Shown: piece after piece, positions 13,235-27,429 of the stretch | Position numbering within the stretch: the stretch's first letter is position 1 | Layout: each line of letters opens with the position of its first letter | NCBI GenBank assembly: GCA_951406725.2 | Contig: OX597835.1 | Coordinates: forward strand, 9,052,001-9,116,000 | Direction: 5' to 3' | DNA length: 64,000 nucleotides | Source of the DNA: Octopus vulgaris | Lineage: Eukaryota | Translations under genes and position numbers: made by a program | The notes under the pieces: model-generated | Database searches by the model: none | The model's input: only the letters and a program-made list of their open reading frames with translations | What the model was told of the DNA's origin: nothing

Positions 13235-14709
13235 AAAGCTGCACAATATGTTCTGCTTTAAGGAAATTCTGAAACCGAACCCTTATAAGGCAGTGTATCA
13301 TGACTGACCCCTGATATATTCACGTGCATTACTGTAGGTGAGAATATCCAATCGCTGATGTGCTTCAGGTTATGTAAATATTAAATTAATGACATTAAAG
13401 AGTTTTTAATATTTTGGTTAATGAAGCAATTTTATATATTTAAAATTATTCTTGCAAATATATGATGTGATGAAAATTAGTAAGCTTACACAATTAGGAA
13501 ACTTACACATTCCGGTTCCACTCAACTAACGTGCAGATTTTATCATATATATTAATATATACTACACAGTTATGACTATCCAACAGCTAATTACTTCTGC
13601 GATTCTATAAAAATGATCAATCAAATTATTTGATAAGGAAATATTTACAGTTTTATCTTCCGTGTATCTAGTAAATAATTTAGTTTCCATTAGCAAAATG
13701 TTAGCTAATTGTATTTGGTATCGTTGATTTGGTTCTGTATTAATTTTAATCGAATAACTCTACAAAGAAAGGTGTTCCAGCGATGACGGTCCCAGCAGCT
13801 CTGAAGTTGTCTCATTTTATAATATTATGTCATATGAGAAGATTTAACCATTCCCCTCAATCCGCTGAGCAGTCACCTAGAAGCCCCGACTGTCATTGAT
13901 TCTAGAGATATTTGTTCGACAATAAGAGTCAACATTTAAAACAAGTAAACCGTTAGTTCTAGTTTTTTCTTTTAAAAGCACATTTCAGAGACTTGTAACT
14001 TTTAAGAAAAACTTTCTTTTGTCGAAAATATTAAATCAAACTCAATTTTAGTGCCTAAAGCATCGTCCTAGGTTTTCTTTCAAGAATTCGATAGATCGAT
14101 ATTTTACAATATTCTAATCTAACCTCAAGAAAACTTTACTTCTAAGTTTGTGAAGTAATATTAAGATAACGGTAACCCATACAAAAACACCCGCAAGCAC
14201 AGACACAAACACACACTTATACATACACATATATGCATATATACACACGCACATATATGCATACATAGATATGTACATATACAGACACACACGCGCGTAT
14301 ACAAATACACACACACATACATATTGTAAAATTGTAAAAACGCGCTGAAAGGAGATAACGTTTGTGAGACTTTTACTGGCGTCAATGTTCAGAATAATCC
14401 AAGAAACGAACAGAAGAAACGAATTGCATTTGTGAGTCGTGAGAATAATTAACGCAATTTACTCTGATGAATTTAGCTACATGAGCATTTTAGGCAAACG
14501 AGTGTAATTAGCTGTTTGTATTTTGACTAAATTTCAGTTTTCACGTTAATAATAATTAGGAAGTGTTAATTCGCATTTCACTTTTAACGGTGCTATTTAA
14601 ATCTTGAAACAAAGATTAATATTTGTCTAAGATCAGATATGGATATAATAGCGATGTAATTAGTGAAATCGCGAAATGCGTTCACTATTTATTAAGTATA
14701 ATGTGACAT

Positions 14710-14784
<75 letters not shown>

Positions 14785-14785
<1 letters not shown>

Positions 14786-15122
14786 TTTTGCTTTATGTCT
14801 GTACAAGTTGGCTCGAAGTCTCACCCAGAGACCTCAAGAGACAACAGGTTGGAAGTTCTGTGCCATATATTTGGGGTTTTTTTGTTTGTTTTTTTTGTGT
14901 GTTTTTTTTTGGTGTTGTACTAGTGAATGTCTAATACATAAAAATAAAAAAATAAATAAATAAATAAATAAATAAAAAAAAATTAAAAATAAAAAGATTA
15001 AAAAAATAAATAATAAAAATAAAAATAAAAAAATAAAATAAAAATAAATAAAAAGTTTGTTTTAAATCTTGAGATTACATAGAGAGTATTTTGCGTAGGA
15101 TATGAGCAGTTCCCATGAGCAC
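14785..15122 (-). mobile_element. 5'-truncated R4/Dong-like (RLE) non-LTR retrotransposon 3' end inserted in (TAA)n
   Basis: Minus strand 15122-15075 translates VLMGTAHILRKILSM*, like the R4/Dong C-terminus; followed by a 3' UTR; flanked both sides by (TTA)n. Confidence 0.75.
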
Positions 15123-15204
<82 letters not shown>

Positions 15205-15544
15205 CATTATTTTTATTTTTATTATTATTGAAGTCGGTTTTAATTTACAAAGATACTATATAGATTCCATGTTAAAATACTTAGTTCGTTAACGTCACTT
15301 GAATATCAAATTAATTTGAAGAAAAGTGGAGTATTTCGTTTTGTCAATCACCCTATCACTAGATTTGAATATTGTAAACTGGCAAAGATGTGATAAATTT
15401 AAGAACAGATATCGGGAGCACGGTATGTAGACAGTCTCTTTCTTTCTAGATTTAAGCAATTATTTTTAATTTCTCTCAACAGCATTTTATATGAAAGTTA
15501 GTGCAGGAAACAAGATGAAAGTAAATATATATTAAATTAAAGCT

Positions 15545-16300
15545 TATATTGGATCTTTTCACTTTGATTTGGCAGATCGAGAAACTAATTGTTTGTAACT
15601 AAACACTTTCAAACTCCGTTTACTGGTAGAATCTGACATGTAAATCATCTTTTACTCTTAGCTTGTTGAGAAAAGTTTCTATTTACGAAAGTTGTCGTAT
15701 TTCGGTAATTTCAACCAATCAATGACGTGTATTCAGCTGAATAAAATTACTGCTGTTGTTTGTCAACAACAACTTCCGGCGATGTGTGTTTTGTTTGTCG
15801 CTGTTATTTATGACGTATTTTATCTCAGTTATGTTCGTATGAATAAACGAATGTATCAGAAGCACGTTTACTTCATGACACCACCACAATCGTTCGTGCA
15901 TTTCCGCTGACAGTTGTTGTTGACAAACAACAGTAGTAATTTTATTCAAATAAATACACGTCATTGATTGGTTGAAATATGTGAAATACAACTTTAACAC
16001 GAAATAACTTCGTAAACAGAAATTTTTCTCAACAACAGTACGAGTAAAATGTGTTTTATATGATACATTCTACCAGTGTCCGAAGTTTGAAAGTGTTTAC
16101 TCTATTACTTGTTTCAGTCATTTGACTGCGGCCATGCTGGAGCACCGCCTTTAATCGACCAACTCGACCCCGGGACTTATTCTTTGTAAGCCCAGTACTT
16201 ATTCTATCGGTCTCTTTTGCCAAACCGCTAAGTGACAGGGGCATAAACATACCAGCATCGGTTGTCAAGCAATACTAGGGGGACAAACACAGACACGCAA

Positions 16301-16345
<45 letters not shown>

Positions 16346-16577
16346 CATATATACGACGGGCTTCTTTCAGTTTCCGTCTACCAAATCCACTCACAAGGCT
16401 TCGGTCGGCCCGAGGCTATAGTAGAAGACTCTGGCCCAAGGTGCCACTCAGTGGGACTGAACCCGGAACCATGTGGTTGGTAAGCAAGCTACTTTCCACA
16501 GAGCCACTCCTGCGCCTTGTTTAATTTCAAAAAATTAATTTCTTGATCTGCTGATGAAAGTGAAAATTTCTATTATA
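15545..16577. mobile_element. MITE/fold-back element with ~230-bp imperfect TIRs, interrupted by a SINE
   Basis: Left arm 15545-15774 is the reverse complement of 15912-16099 plus 16524-16577. Confidence 0.75.
16100..16517 (-). mobile_element. SINE family A nested in the MITE arm
   Basis: Family A match; TSD TGTTTA at 16094-16099 and 16518-16523. Confidence 0.9.
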
Positions 16578-16864
16578 TTTGCTAGGAAAAAGGCTAAGAT
16601 ATGGAGCGGATCAATGCATTTCTATTTGTAGTTTTGAATAAATATACTGTGGAGAATTTAATTACGAAATGGAGGAAAGCTGATATAATTGGAAGCAAGC
16701 TAATAAATTATGTTTAACCGTAGATTTTAAAGACGAACATGTGGAATTACGAACAGGAATGAAATTAAACAAGTGACGGATTTAGACAGCTGAGACACAG
16801 CTAAGATTTAATAATGAAGTTTCAACAACACGTCTTCATCAAAATATAACTAATTACAAGACAG

Positions 16865-17372
16865 CGGGCTGGCAGAAACGTTAGCACGCCGTGCGAAGTG
16901 CGTAGCCGTATTTCGTCTGCCGCTACGTTCTGAGTTCAAATACCGCCGAGGTCGACTTTGCCTTTCATCCTTTCGGGATGCATTAAGGCGGCGAGCTGGC
17001 AGAATCGTTAGCACGCCGGGCGAAATGCGTAGCCGTATTTCGTCTGCTGCTACGTTCTGAGTTCAAATACCGCCGAGGTCGACTTTGCCTTTCATCCTTT
17101 CGGGGTCGATAAATTAAGTACCAGTTACGAACTGGGGTTGATATAATCGACTTAATCCGTTTGTCTGTCCTTGTTTATCCCCTCTGTGTTTAGCCCCTTG
17201 TGGGTAGTAAAGAAATAGGTATTTCGTCTGAGTTCAAATTCCACCACGGTCGACGATCTTTTTCATCATTTCAGAGTCGCTAAACTAAATAGCAATTACG
17301 TACTGGGGTCGATCTAGTCGACAGGCCCCTACCCCAAAAATGTCGGGCTTTGTGCCTAGCAGAGAAAAGAAG
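16865..17372 (+). mobile_element. SINE family B composite (partial head copy, full copy, second monomer)
   Basis: Partial 16865-16978, full 16985-17218, second monomer from 17219 through junction GAAATAGGTATTTC. Confidence 0.85.
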
Positions 17373-18400
17373 TAGGGGGGAAGGAAAACGAAATGCAATA
17401 TGAATATAAACAAAAAATATATAAAGATTAATGTCCATCTAACATTTGTATCGATTACGATCTATGAATGTTATTGAATCTCTGATTAATTTATACTATT
17501 TCCAATTTTTTGTCTTGCATAGTCTTTTACTTGTTTCAGTCATTTGCCTGTGGGCCATGTGGGAGCATCGCCTTAAATAAATAATGTTTTAACTATTTTT
17601 TGCGACCTAATTACTTTTTTTTTCAAAATCTTCAATGCACGAATTTATAGCCTGATTACCTCTTTCTGGATGTATTAGATCTTTATTATTCGATTTATGA
17701 TTCCCATTTGTCCAAATAATTTATTTTCTATTTTCGCGTATCAAATTCTTACCCTTGTCTGTGTAATTATTCGTTATTATTCTTCATTTAAATTCTCAAT
17801 ATGACTTCATTAAATCTCGCAGAATTTGCAATAATAATAGTATCATTCAATTATACTTGCTACATAGCTTTTTAACTCACTTTATATTTTCTCTTGCGTT
17901 TGAAATTTAACTTATTCCTATATAATTATATTATACTTTCTTTACGCTATATACTCGCCTCATTAAATCCCTCCGGATTTCCTATTTCGCAATTCTTTTT
18001 TTATATTTACTCTCATTAATTATCATTTGTAAGACGCTTCCTATGTGCTACGTGTTTAATACATACGAGGTAACATTAATTTTCTAATATCTATCTCCTA
18101 CATTTTCGAACTTTCGCTCTTCGAGTTATCTTGAAAATATTTACGTAGACCGCTATGTAAAATTAAATCTTTCTTTTATATAATCCTAGTTTATTTGCAT
18201 CCGCCCCTTTAATAGCCATTCTGCTTTAACAAGAAACCTAGAATACTACTTGCCCTGCTACTTCGAATCACCTCCACGAACAGAAGCAATAAACTTTTTT
18301 ATCATTATAGTTTACTTCCCTTAGCATGATTGCTTACTTTCCTTGCCTCGACATATCTGTACAAACATCCAAACGGATATGCATATATATATATATATAT

Positions 18401-18630
18401 CTTTCTTTACTACCCACAAGGGGCTAAACACAGAGGACAAACAATGACAGACAAATAGATTAAGTCGATTATATCGACCCAGTACGTAACTGGTACTTAT
18501 TTAATCGACCCCGAAAAGGATAAAAGGCAAAGTCGACCTCGGCGGAATTTGAACTCAGAACGTAGCGGCAGACGAAATACCGATAAGCATTTCGCCCGGC
18601 GTGCTAACTATTCTGCCAGCTCGCCGCCTT
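18401..18630 (-). mobile_element. SINE family B
   Basis: Family B match; flanked by ATGCATATATATAT on both sides. Confidence 0.9.
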
Positions 18631-19151
18631 AATGCATATATATATATCGTTAGCTCCTACACGCATTTTTGTTCTCCCCTTGTTTCTCTCCTTGTTTTTT
18701 TTCTGTCTTCTCTTTGGTAAAGTCTATTATGATTTTTTTTCAAGTTTCAATTAGAAAGATAGATGAGAGTGGAAAGGGTGTTGCTGCTCACCGGTTGATA
18801 GATCAGAGAAGGAATGTGAACACGAATCTAAGGTGAGAATGGACAGATAAGTGAGAGGACTTGCTGTAGGTGGTTCAGCTGATCTACGGTTCTCTTTCTT
18901 AGATTTAAAACGCTGCTCAACCTCCTCTTTCATTACGTTTCTTGATTTTTTTTGTCACTCATAGCATTCCGTATCACTTGTTTGCTACCGGCATATGTAA
19001 GCCAGATCCCTTTGAGGCTTCTATCGCCTGATGTAACATAATCAACGTCAACATCATCATCATCATCGTCGTCGTCGTCGTCGTCATCATCAACATCATC
19101 GTCAGTAGCAGTGGCAGTAGTGGAAGTAGTACTGGTGATGCTGGTGGTGGC

Positions 19152-19313
<162 letters not shown>

Positions 19314-21086
19314 GTAGCTTGATTTTGCCCGTTGACACCCGTTGGTCTTCTCACTCCGAATATTTTGACATTTTCCCCTGTTATGAAAATAGAAGTGTTA
19401 TAAAAGAAGAGAAAATTATAACACCCTGTTCTGTAACATATCAAAAGATTCCTCCATACAAATTATAAAGCGATTTTCGTTAATTTGGGGGGTAAATTTA
19501 ACCAGAATCATAATTTGTTCACATTCAACAGCAGACGGAAGTGGCAAAACAATGGAAAAGCATCGATATAAGAAAACGAATTCAATTGTAGAATAGGTCG
19601 TAAACAATCGCCAAGAATAAAAAAAAACAGTAATGGAGTTTAAGCCAGATAAGAGTGACAGTAAATCAAATATTTCCAATGAAACAGCAATAAATAGCGA
19701 GAGCAACAGTAAAAATAACAGACACACAGTTTTTTTTTTCCATAGAGAAACAAATGTAATATTTTGAACATATTCATAAGAGCCTCACTAAATAAATTGA
19801 CCAACGTATAAATGTATGAGTCACACAAATGAGAAAAATCTTTCACAGAATTTTGCAAAGAGGTATGACGAGGTTCTCCCAATTCTCTTCATAGGAAGGC
19901 AACAACAACGAAGTTTACCCGTATCAACGAAGGTTACCCCTGTCAACTTTGACAAACGTGACGCTTGTTTACTTATGCGCGCCGCTCATCCTCTACAGAA
20001 ATTCATTTAGATGTAGTCCTGGGCTAGTCGTAATAATATCTTCTCTTTCGGTAGGTGTACGGCTTGGAGGATGTCATGGCTAATTTTTAAATCTGAGGTA
20101 AAATAGAAGAATCAATGAGAGGTAGTGTGCTGCACATATTCTCATGCACCAGAGTCTATGTGCCGATATATATGCATCAACGTAGTTTCAAAATGCTGTT
20201 CAAAGGTGTTGACAAAGATTTTGAACTTGAAACCGCCATCATTTTTGTAACCCTTATACAAGAAATTCTCGAGTAACACTAACAATATGTAGTCGAGGGG
20301 TATTTCATTGGACATGTAATTAATAATAATATACGGAGTCTACAGGGATCATTTAAGAGTCACAATATATACAGTGGATCAACGAGAAGTTAGTCAACCA
20401 GATGTAATCTCTGGTATGGTGAATGAAGTTGTATTGTGGGTAAGTCTGGATACAAAGATGTGAAATAGTCTTCTCTTTGGTAAAAGTTATTATGGATTTT
20501 TTTCAAGTTTCAATTAGAAAGATAGGCGAGAGTGGAGAAGATGCTGCTCACCGGTAAATTCGTTGTTAGATCAGAGAAGGAATATGAACACGAATTACAA
20601 TCGTAACGAGCTCTCGAAACACTCGAGATTATATCAGACGTGCACCCATGGAAAGTGCAGAGACTTATGCTACAAAGCAGAAAGTATAAATGCTAAGTAG
20701 GTGTTGTATATCATATTTGAGTAATGTTAAGATTTCTCTAGTTCTGTTTTCGACAGAACCACTTGGAACGCCATTATAAGTTCCTTACATCAAGAAGACA
20801 ACCTTCTTTTATCTATTCCATTCCTAATAATTTCTTGAGTAACCAACTTTTTGTACAGTATAGGCATAAATGTTTTTTTTTCAAATGTTTGGCGAGGAGG
20901 TTATAAACCTACAATTTACAAGTGTCACCAGTGCTTTGTTTAGTATAATCAGTTTTGTTTTCCCCTCCAATAAGTTTTCCCCTCAATTCAGTTAGGAATT
21001 GAGGAATTTGTCAATTCTTTCTTTAACCAATTGATTGCATTGCTAAAGGTGTTGCAGAGTTCTTTGCTGGTTATGGTTCTTGATAT

Positions 21087-21147
21087 TCTTCTTCTTCTTC
21101 TTCTTCTTCTTCTTCTTCTTCTTCTTCTTCTTCTTCTTCTTCTTCTT

Positions 21148-21188
<41 letters not shown>

Positions 21189-21206
21189 TCTTCTTCCTCC
21201 TCTTCC

Positions 21207-21269
<63 letters not shown>

Positions 21270-21303
21270 TATTATTATTATCATCATTAGTAGTAGTAGT
21301 AGC

Positions 21304-21343
<40 letters not shown>

Positions 21344-21530
21344 ATAGTAATAGTAGTTGTAGTATTGCTGTTATTAGTATTATTATTATTATTATTATTA
21401 TTAATGTTGTTATTCTTTTTATTGTTATAATCACTGCTCTTATTGTTCTATTGCTGTTCTTCCTTTATCATCATCATTATCATCATAGTAGTAGTAGTAG
21501 TAGTAGTTGTAGTAGTAGTAGTAGTAGTAT
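21087..21530 (+). repeat. Compound trinucleotide microsatellite (CTT)(CTA)(TTA)(TAG)
   Basis: Direct reading. Confidence 0.95.
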
Positions 21531-22196
21531 TTTGCCGGTCCATTTTAGAGACCACTCAAAATCGAAATAGAAGACGAGCTGTTTTTCCCCAAATAGTGAT
21601 TGCACGTTCTTTTCCTTTTCTTTCTTCCTTCTTTTTTTTTTCAAAAAATTTCTTTGTTCTTTCTTCCTTTATTTCTTTGTTGTTTCTTCTTCTGTTAGTG
21701 GCAGCTGAAGCGTCCATATTTCCGTTGAGAAAAAAGTAAACATCATCCAGCGCGGCCTTTGATGAATACTCTTTCATGTAAAAGAAGATTCCGTGTCAGT
21801 TACATCGAGTGTTTTTATCAGAGTGTTTTTATAACTTTGCATATGAGATACGGGGGATTTATAGAGACATTATATTTAGACAACGAAATAGATATAAACA
21901 TGGCGGTGGACGTGATTGTATCTGCGTAAAGACATAAACCAGGTGGGAGGTGAGATGTGATTTACTTTCACTACCGGGAATCATCCATCCGGCAGTAATG
22001 AAGCTTCGTCGGTTCAAACAAATGAGAAAACTAGCGTGAAAGCATTTTATATGACAGACATAAAAGCAGAGCATTAACATATACGCAAACATACGTAATA
22101 CATACACACATGTACATACATGCATATGTGTGCATTTGTATGTGGCCGTATGTATGCGCGTAGTTATAGCCTGTCACACATATATATTGTGCAAGC

Positions 22197-22241
<45 letters not shown>

Positions 22242-23100
22242 ACGTGTGTTGTGTGTGTGTGTCATAGAGTAAGGAAGCGTAAAACGCTGAATCGATAGAC
22301 ATTTGACTGCAGAGTTAACATATTCTGTTAATTTTTTTTTTCCTTGCAGCAAATGATACGGATGTAGATTTGCCAATATTTACGATAACATCCATGGAGA
22401 TATATAATCTGAGACTAACATAGCGATTATATCGTTCATTTATTTATATATGTTTACTAATATTTGTTACCATACAAAACATTGGCACAACTAGGAAATG
22501 CTGGATCTTCTTTTTTTTTGTTTTTGTTTTCTTGTCTCAACAAGAAGAGCATTTAATTCTGCTTGTATTCTAAAAGAATATCATGCTAAAATCTAAGAAC
22601 AGTGATGCTAATATCTTTCTCGTTGGCAGTATACATGTGTTTGCTTTTATTGTCCAAAATTTCTTTGGCTTGGCATCAAATTTGTAACAGAGAAATAAAA
22701 ATCGATAAAAACCAACACAAGTATCTTACAGATACTTGTTTAATCGTTGCAGGAACTTTTGTTAAGGCTCCAGTTGTTTCGCCGCAGGTCAGACGTGGCA
22801 AAACAGTCATACGAGAAAACATATTCCAACTGTAATTGTTCCGTTTTTTTTTGGAAGATGTTTGTATGCGTTCTCTTTTGTTTTTTTTACTACGGAATAT
22901 AAATGTTAACTTAACATGTTTCACTCATAGAAAAGCGACCACGCTGGAGCACCACCTAGAAGAATTAAATCAAACAAATTGTCCCCAATACTTCTTTTTT
23001 AAATCTGGTAGAAATTCTATTACTTTGTTTTGTTAATAAGCTACACTAATGTGATAGAAAGACACATAAGTATGTTGTCAAGCGGTGGCGTATAAAACAT

Positions 23101-23158
<58 letters not shown>

Positions 23159-23265
23159 ACACACACAATCACACACACACATGATGTCTATGTATATGTA
23201 GATACATTCTCATCCAAAATGGAGAAAAGTACCAACAGTTTCTTGCTTTGTTAACCTACAAGTAA

Positions 23266-23490
23266 TAGGCACAGAATTGGCTGTGGTAAGTAGCTTGCTT
23301 TCCAACCACATGGTTTCTGCCGCTATGTTCTGAGTTCAAATTCCACCGAGGTCGACTTTGCCTTTCATCTTTCGGGGTCGATTAAATAAGTACCACTTAC
23401 GCACTGGGGTCGATGTGATCGACTTAATCCGTGTGTCTGTCCTTGTTTGTCCTCTCTGTGTTTCGCCCCTTGTGGGTAGTAAAAGAAATA
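23266..23490 (+). mobile_element. Family A head joined to family B body
   Basis: 23266-23315 matches the family A 5' end; 23316-23490 matches family B from TCTGCCG onward. Confidence 0.75.
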
Positions 23491-24344
23491 GGTATTTGTT
23501 TCTAATATGGTTGCTACTTCTATCATGGTGGGCGGGCGATGTGTAGATGTTTAGCCATTGATTGGCATCAACCTATATGATATTATAAAGCATGTGTGCG
23601 AAGATCTGACGTAGTCACGGTAAGTGGTATCTCGTGACAATGCTGCCCAGCACATGAGTACATCCGTGCGAAAGTATTAATCCTCTGAGATGTTTTCTGT
23701 GTTTGTTTATTCATTTTGTTCTGTTTCAGAAATAGAGCAAACAAGATATCTTACTACTTTCTTTAGGAAAATATGTCATCAGAATATACATGTATCTTAA
23801 TCGATTTTTTTGACATATCGGCACCACCATCACATTCACAGCGACACACTCATATTAGATATTCTATGTATACAAAATGAATCGTATATGTATATGGAAT
23901 GAATGTGGAGTCAGGTTATACAATCTTATGATTAAAAATGCTAGTTGAACCAGGAAATAAGTAGGTGTCTAAAATCGCTTGAGCATTTACCATAGGAGTT
24001 TTTGAGTGATTCGCCTACTTATTGTATCAAATAGATTTGTAGAATGCACAATGAGGTTGTCCCTACCTCCGCTTCCGCTTGAAACATTATTGACTCTATT
24101 GTAACGTTTAAGAGTCTTCACCGTAAGGAATCTAACCCCAAAGAGATTATCTCCCCTTTGAAAGGGATTCCTCGCGGATTAAACGAGTAAGGAGGTTATC
24201 CCTCGCTAAAAAATAGCAGGGAAATCTCAAAGATAAAGAAGAAATTAGAAGAACATATTAAAAGGTGTATATAGTTTTATAATAGAAATATTTTCCAATG
24301 AAAGCAAAGAAAGGAAAATTACAGCAAAAATCCAAACGTACTAA

Positions 24345-24615
24345 ATGGAATTTCTCCAAGACATCCAGGGTCGTCCAGATGTGGAGGTATACGGCATTCA
24401 TTTCAAGGTATAACTTTTCACCCAAGTAATACTTGTGATGTTTTTTTTTGTCAATTCTTCTGAAGTTCTTATGATATTTCGTAGGTTTCCACTTTGAGAA
24501 AATGATGTAATTCGAGCGTTATCTCATATCTCATGTCTTAATGTTCCTAAAGAAATATGTATTCTATGAGAACTTTCTTTTAACAAACCTTCTGTCATAC
24601 CAATACAGTCTTTTC
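24345..24615 (-). mobile_element. Highly decayed Penelope-like GIY-YIG endonuclease remnant
   Basis: Minus-strand peptides CIGMTEGLLKE (cf. YIGMTE.FKER), PYTSTSGR and CLGE in the expected order, with frameshifts and stops. Confidence 0.4.
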
Positions 24616-25093
24616 GAATGATACTAAGTGTTCTGCATGTCTGTTCACATTAAGCAAATCCGAGTGTTCTGAATGAGGAGAACGAAATTATATCAGGACT
24701 CATTAGTTTAGACGAGGCTGGGTTTGGAGATACATAGAAGATTGTAACTTTCATTTAGCTCTCTGCTGCATCAAATTTTCCTTGTTTGAGAAAAGCTTCA
24801 AAACACGTTCCTTATACATATTTAAACAACAGGAGGATTATACCCTGATGTCTAGCTAATATGAACTATTTCAGCCCTTTAATCTTTTCTATGATATGAT
24901 ACTTAAATCGTCTGTGACATAATCGAAATTAAATATTGCTCATATAGTTTCCATATCAACTAGAAGTGAGAAACTATGATAATCCTTCCTTATCTTCCTT
25001 ATCATACCTAAAGATATACGTATGCATACGTACACACATACACACACACGCACACACACATATATACGCACACACATACACACACACACACAG

Positions 25094-25161
<68 letters not shown>

Positions 25162-25260
25162 GAGGAAGGATATGTTCGGGTATTTCTCAATTTATTTTGG
25201 GCGATATATGTTACGAAGGCGTCCCGAAGATACCATAGAGAATCTTGCACGCAATTAAAT

Positions 25261-25333
<73 letters not shown>

Positions 25334-25750
25334 CAGATAGATAGATAGATAGATAGATAGATATGTAAGGGTGTTTGTAAGTCTGTATCAATGTGTAGCA
25401 AGAATATATTAATAACCCAAAAAACAATCACATTTTCTATTGTGCAAATACAATATCGTGACCGTTTTATAGATTATTTCTCTACTTCCCTACACATTTC
25501 CGTCACCCTCCTCATCTGTATCTTTCTGTCTCCGTGTCCATCTCTCTCCCTTTCTTTCTCTCTCTCGTTCTTTCTATTTGTCTCTTCACCGCATTTACAA
25601 AAGTACACTGTACAATGTTCTTATATCTGTGTTTGTATATCGAGATCGTTTCATTATTTCTTCATGTTTTTTTTTTCATTTCAATATATATATAAAAAAA
25701 TACACACGTCAACACACACAAACACACGCACACCCATGCATACGTACAAA

Positions 25751-25754
<4 letters not shown>

Positions 25755-25799
<45 letters not shown>

Positions 25800-25881
25800 T
25801 AATGCTAAGCAAAATCATAAACGTGCATATATATATATAAATGTTTATATATACATATATATATGTATGTGCGTGTCTGTG

Positions 25882-25963
<82 letters not shown>

Positions 25964-26118
25964 CATATATATATATGTATATGTATATATATATATTTAT
26001 ATGTGTATATATATATATATATACATACATATATACATATATATATATACACATATAAATATATATACACATATACATATGTATATATATGTGTATATAT
26101 ATATATATGTGTGTGTAT

Positions 26119-26158
<40 letters not shown>

Positions 26159-26185
26159 TATATATATATATATGTGTATATATAG
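25755..26185. repeat. Long interrupted (TA)n/(CA)n tract
   Basis: Direct reading. Confidence 0.95.
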
Positions 26186-26975
26186 ATTATAGATGGGTGT
26201 CTGTGCGCTTATGTATTTGTATGTATAGATGTAGATAAAGATATAGATAGACAAACTATATATATGTATATATGTGTGTGTGTGTATAAAGATTGATAGA
26301 CAATGTGTAATTATGTGTGTGAGAGTATTACGCGCGTGCAATTGTAGATTTGTTCTGGAATTGATGTATCGTTTGTTATATAAAGTAAAAAAATCAAGGA
26401 ACGAATATTCATGTCTAGTATCGTGGAAAAACTCTGTTGAGACATTAGATAGGAAATATAAAGAAACAATAACTGGGTTACAAAATCTACAGGAGAAATA
26501 TGTGTATGTTACCGAGGGCTGTTGAACCAACAGTGTTTATGAGAGGAGGAACCGTATATAACTTTCAGAATCTACAAAATCATTCTAATGTAATGGCAGC
26601 CGCACACGCTGACATAGTCTCACACTTTATAAATTGAGACGTGTTTTGTGTTATGTCGGACGAATGACAGAGGGTTGTTTAATGCGTATTGCAGATACGT
26701 TTTTAACAAAAACTATGTTGGTCTCATTATCCTAGTTTCATTTTCACTGGAATTTATATGCACACACACACACACTCGCGTACATATGAATAGGTGAATA
26801 AAGGGAAATTCATCTGCTCCTACCCACTTATCAGACCGCATCTGCAGAAGCTGGATATCATTGTTAAAGATGGTGAATTCTCAGGTAATCTACCTGAGAC
26901 AGAAAGCACCTACAAAACTGAACCCTTGAATAGACGATACTGTGAGTATGGGGGTATGGTTACCTAGTACGTATA

Positions 26976-27216
26976 AGGCGGTGAGCTGGCAGAAACGTTA
27001 GCACGCCGGGCGAAATGCTTAGCGGTATTTCGTCTGTGTTACGTTGTGAGTTCAAATTCCGCCGAGGTCGACTTTGCCTTTCATCCTTTCGGGGTCGATA
27101 AATCAAGTACCAGTTACGCACTGGGGTCGATGTAATCGACTTAATACATATGTCTGTCCTTGTTTGTTTGTCCCTTCTGTGTTTAGCCCCTTGTGGGTAA
27201 TAAAGAAATAGAAATA
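26976..27216 (+). mobile_element. SINE family B with 18-bp TSD
   Basis: GGTTACCTAGTACGTATA at 26958-26975 and 27217-27234. Confidence 0.95.
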
Positions 27217-27429
27217 GGTTACCTAGTACGTATATTTCTTATTTAGTACTGGGGATGTTTCATTTATAAGGACGTACTATTGTATTTGTCTGAGTGTTGG
27301 GTCCTTTGGGTGCTTGGATAAAATGCGGATGTCAAGTTGACCCAGTTGTCTCAATGTTGGTCCTTGGAGTGACAGAAAGAAGTTAGGTAACATTATATGT
27401 AATAAAACCAGTGGTATCTCCTGTCTTCC

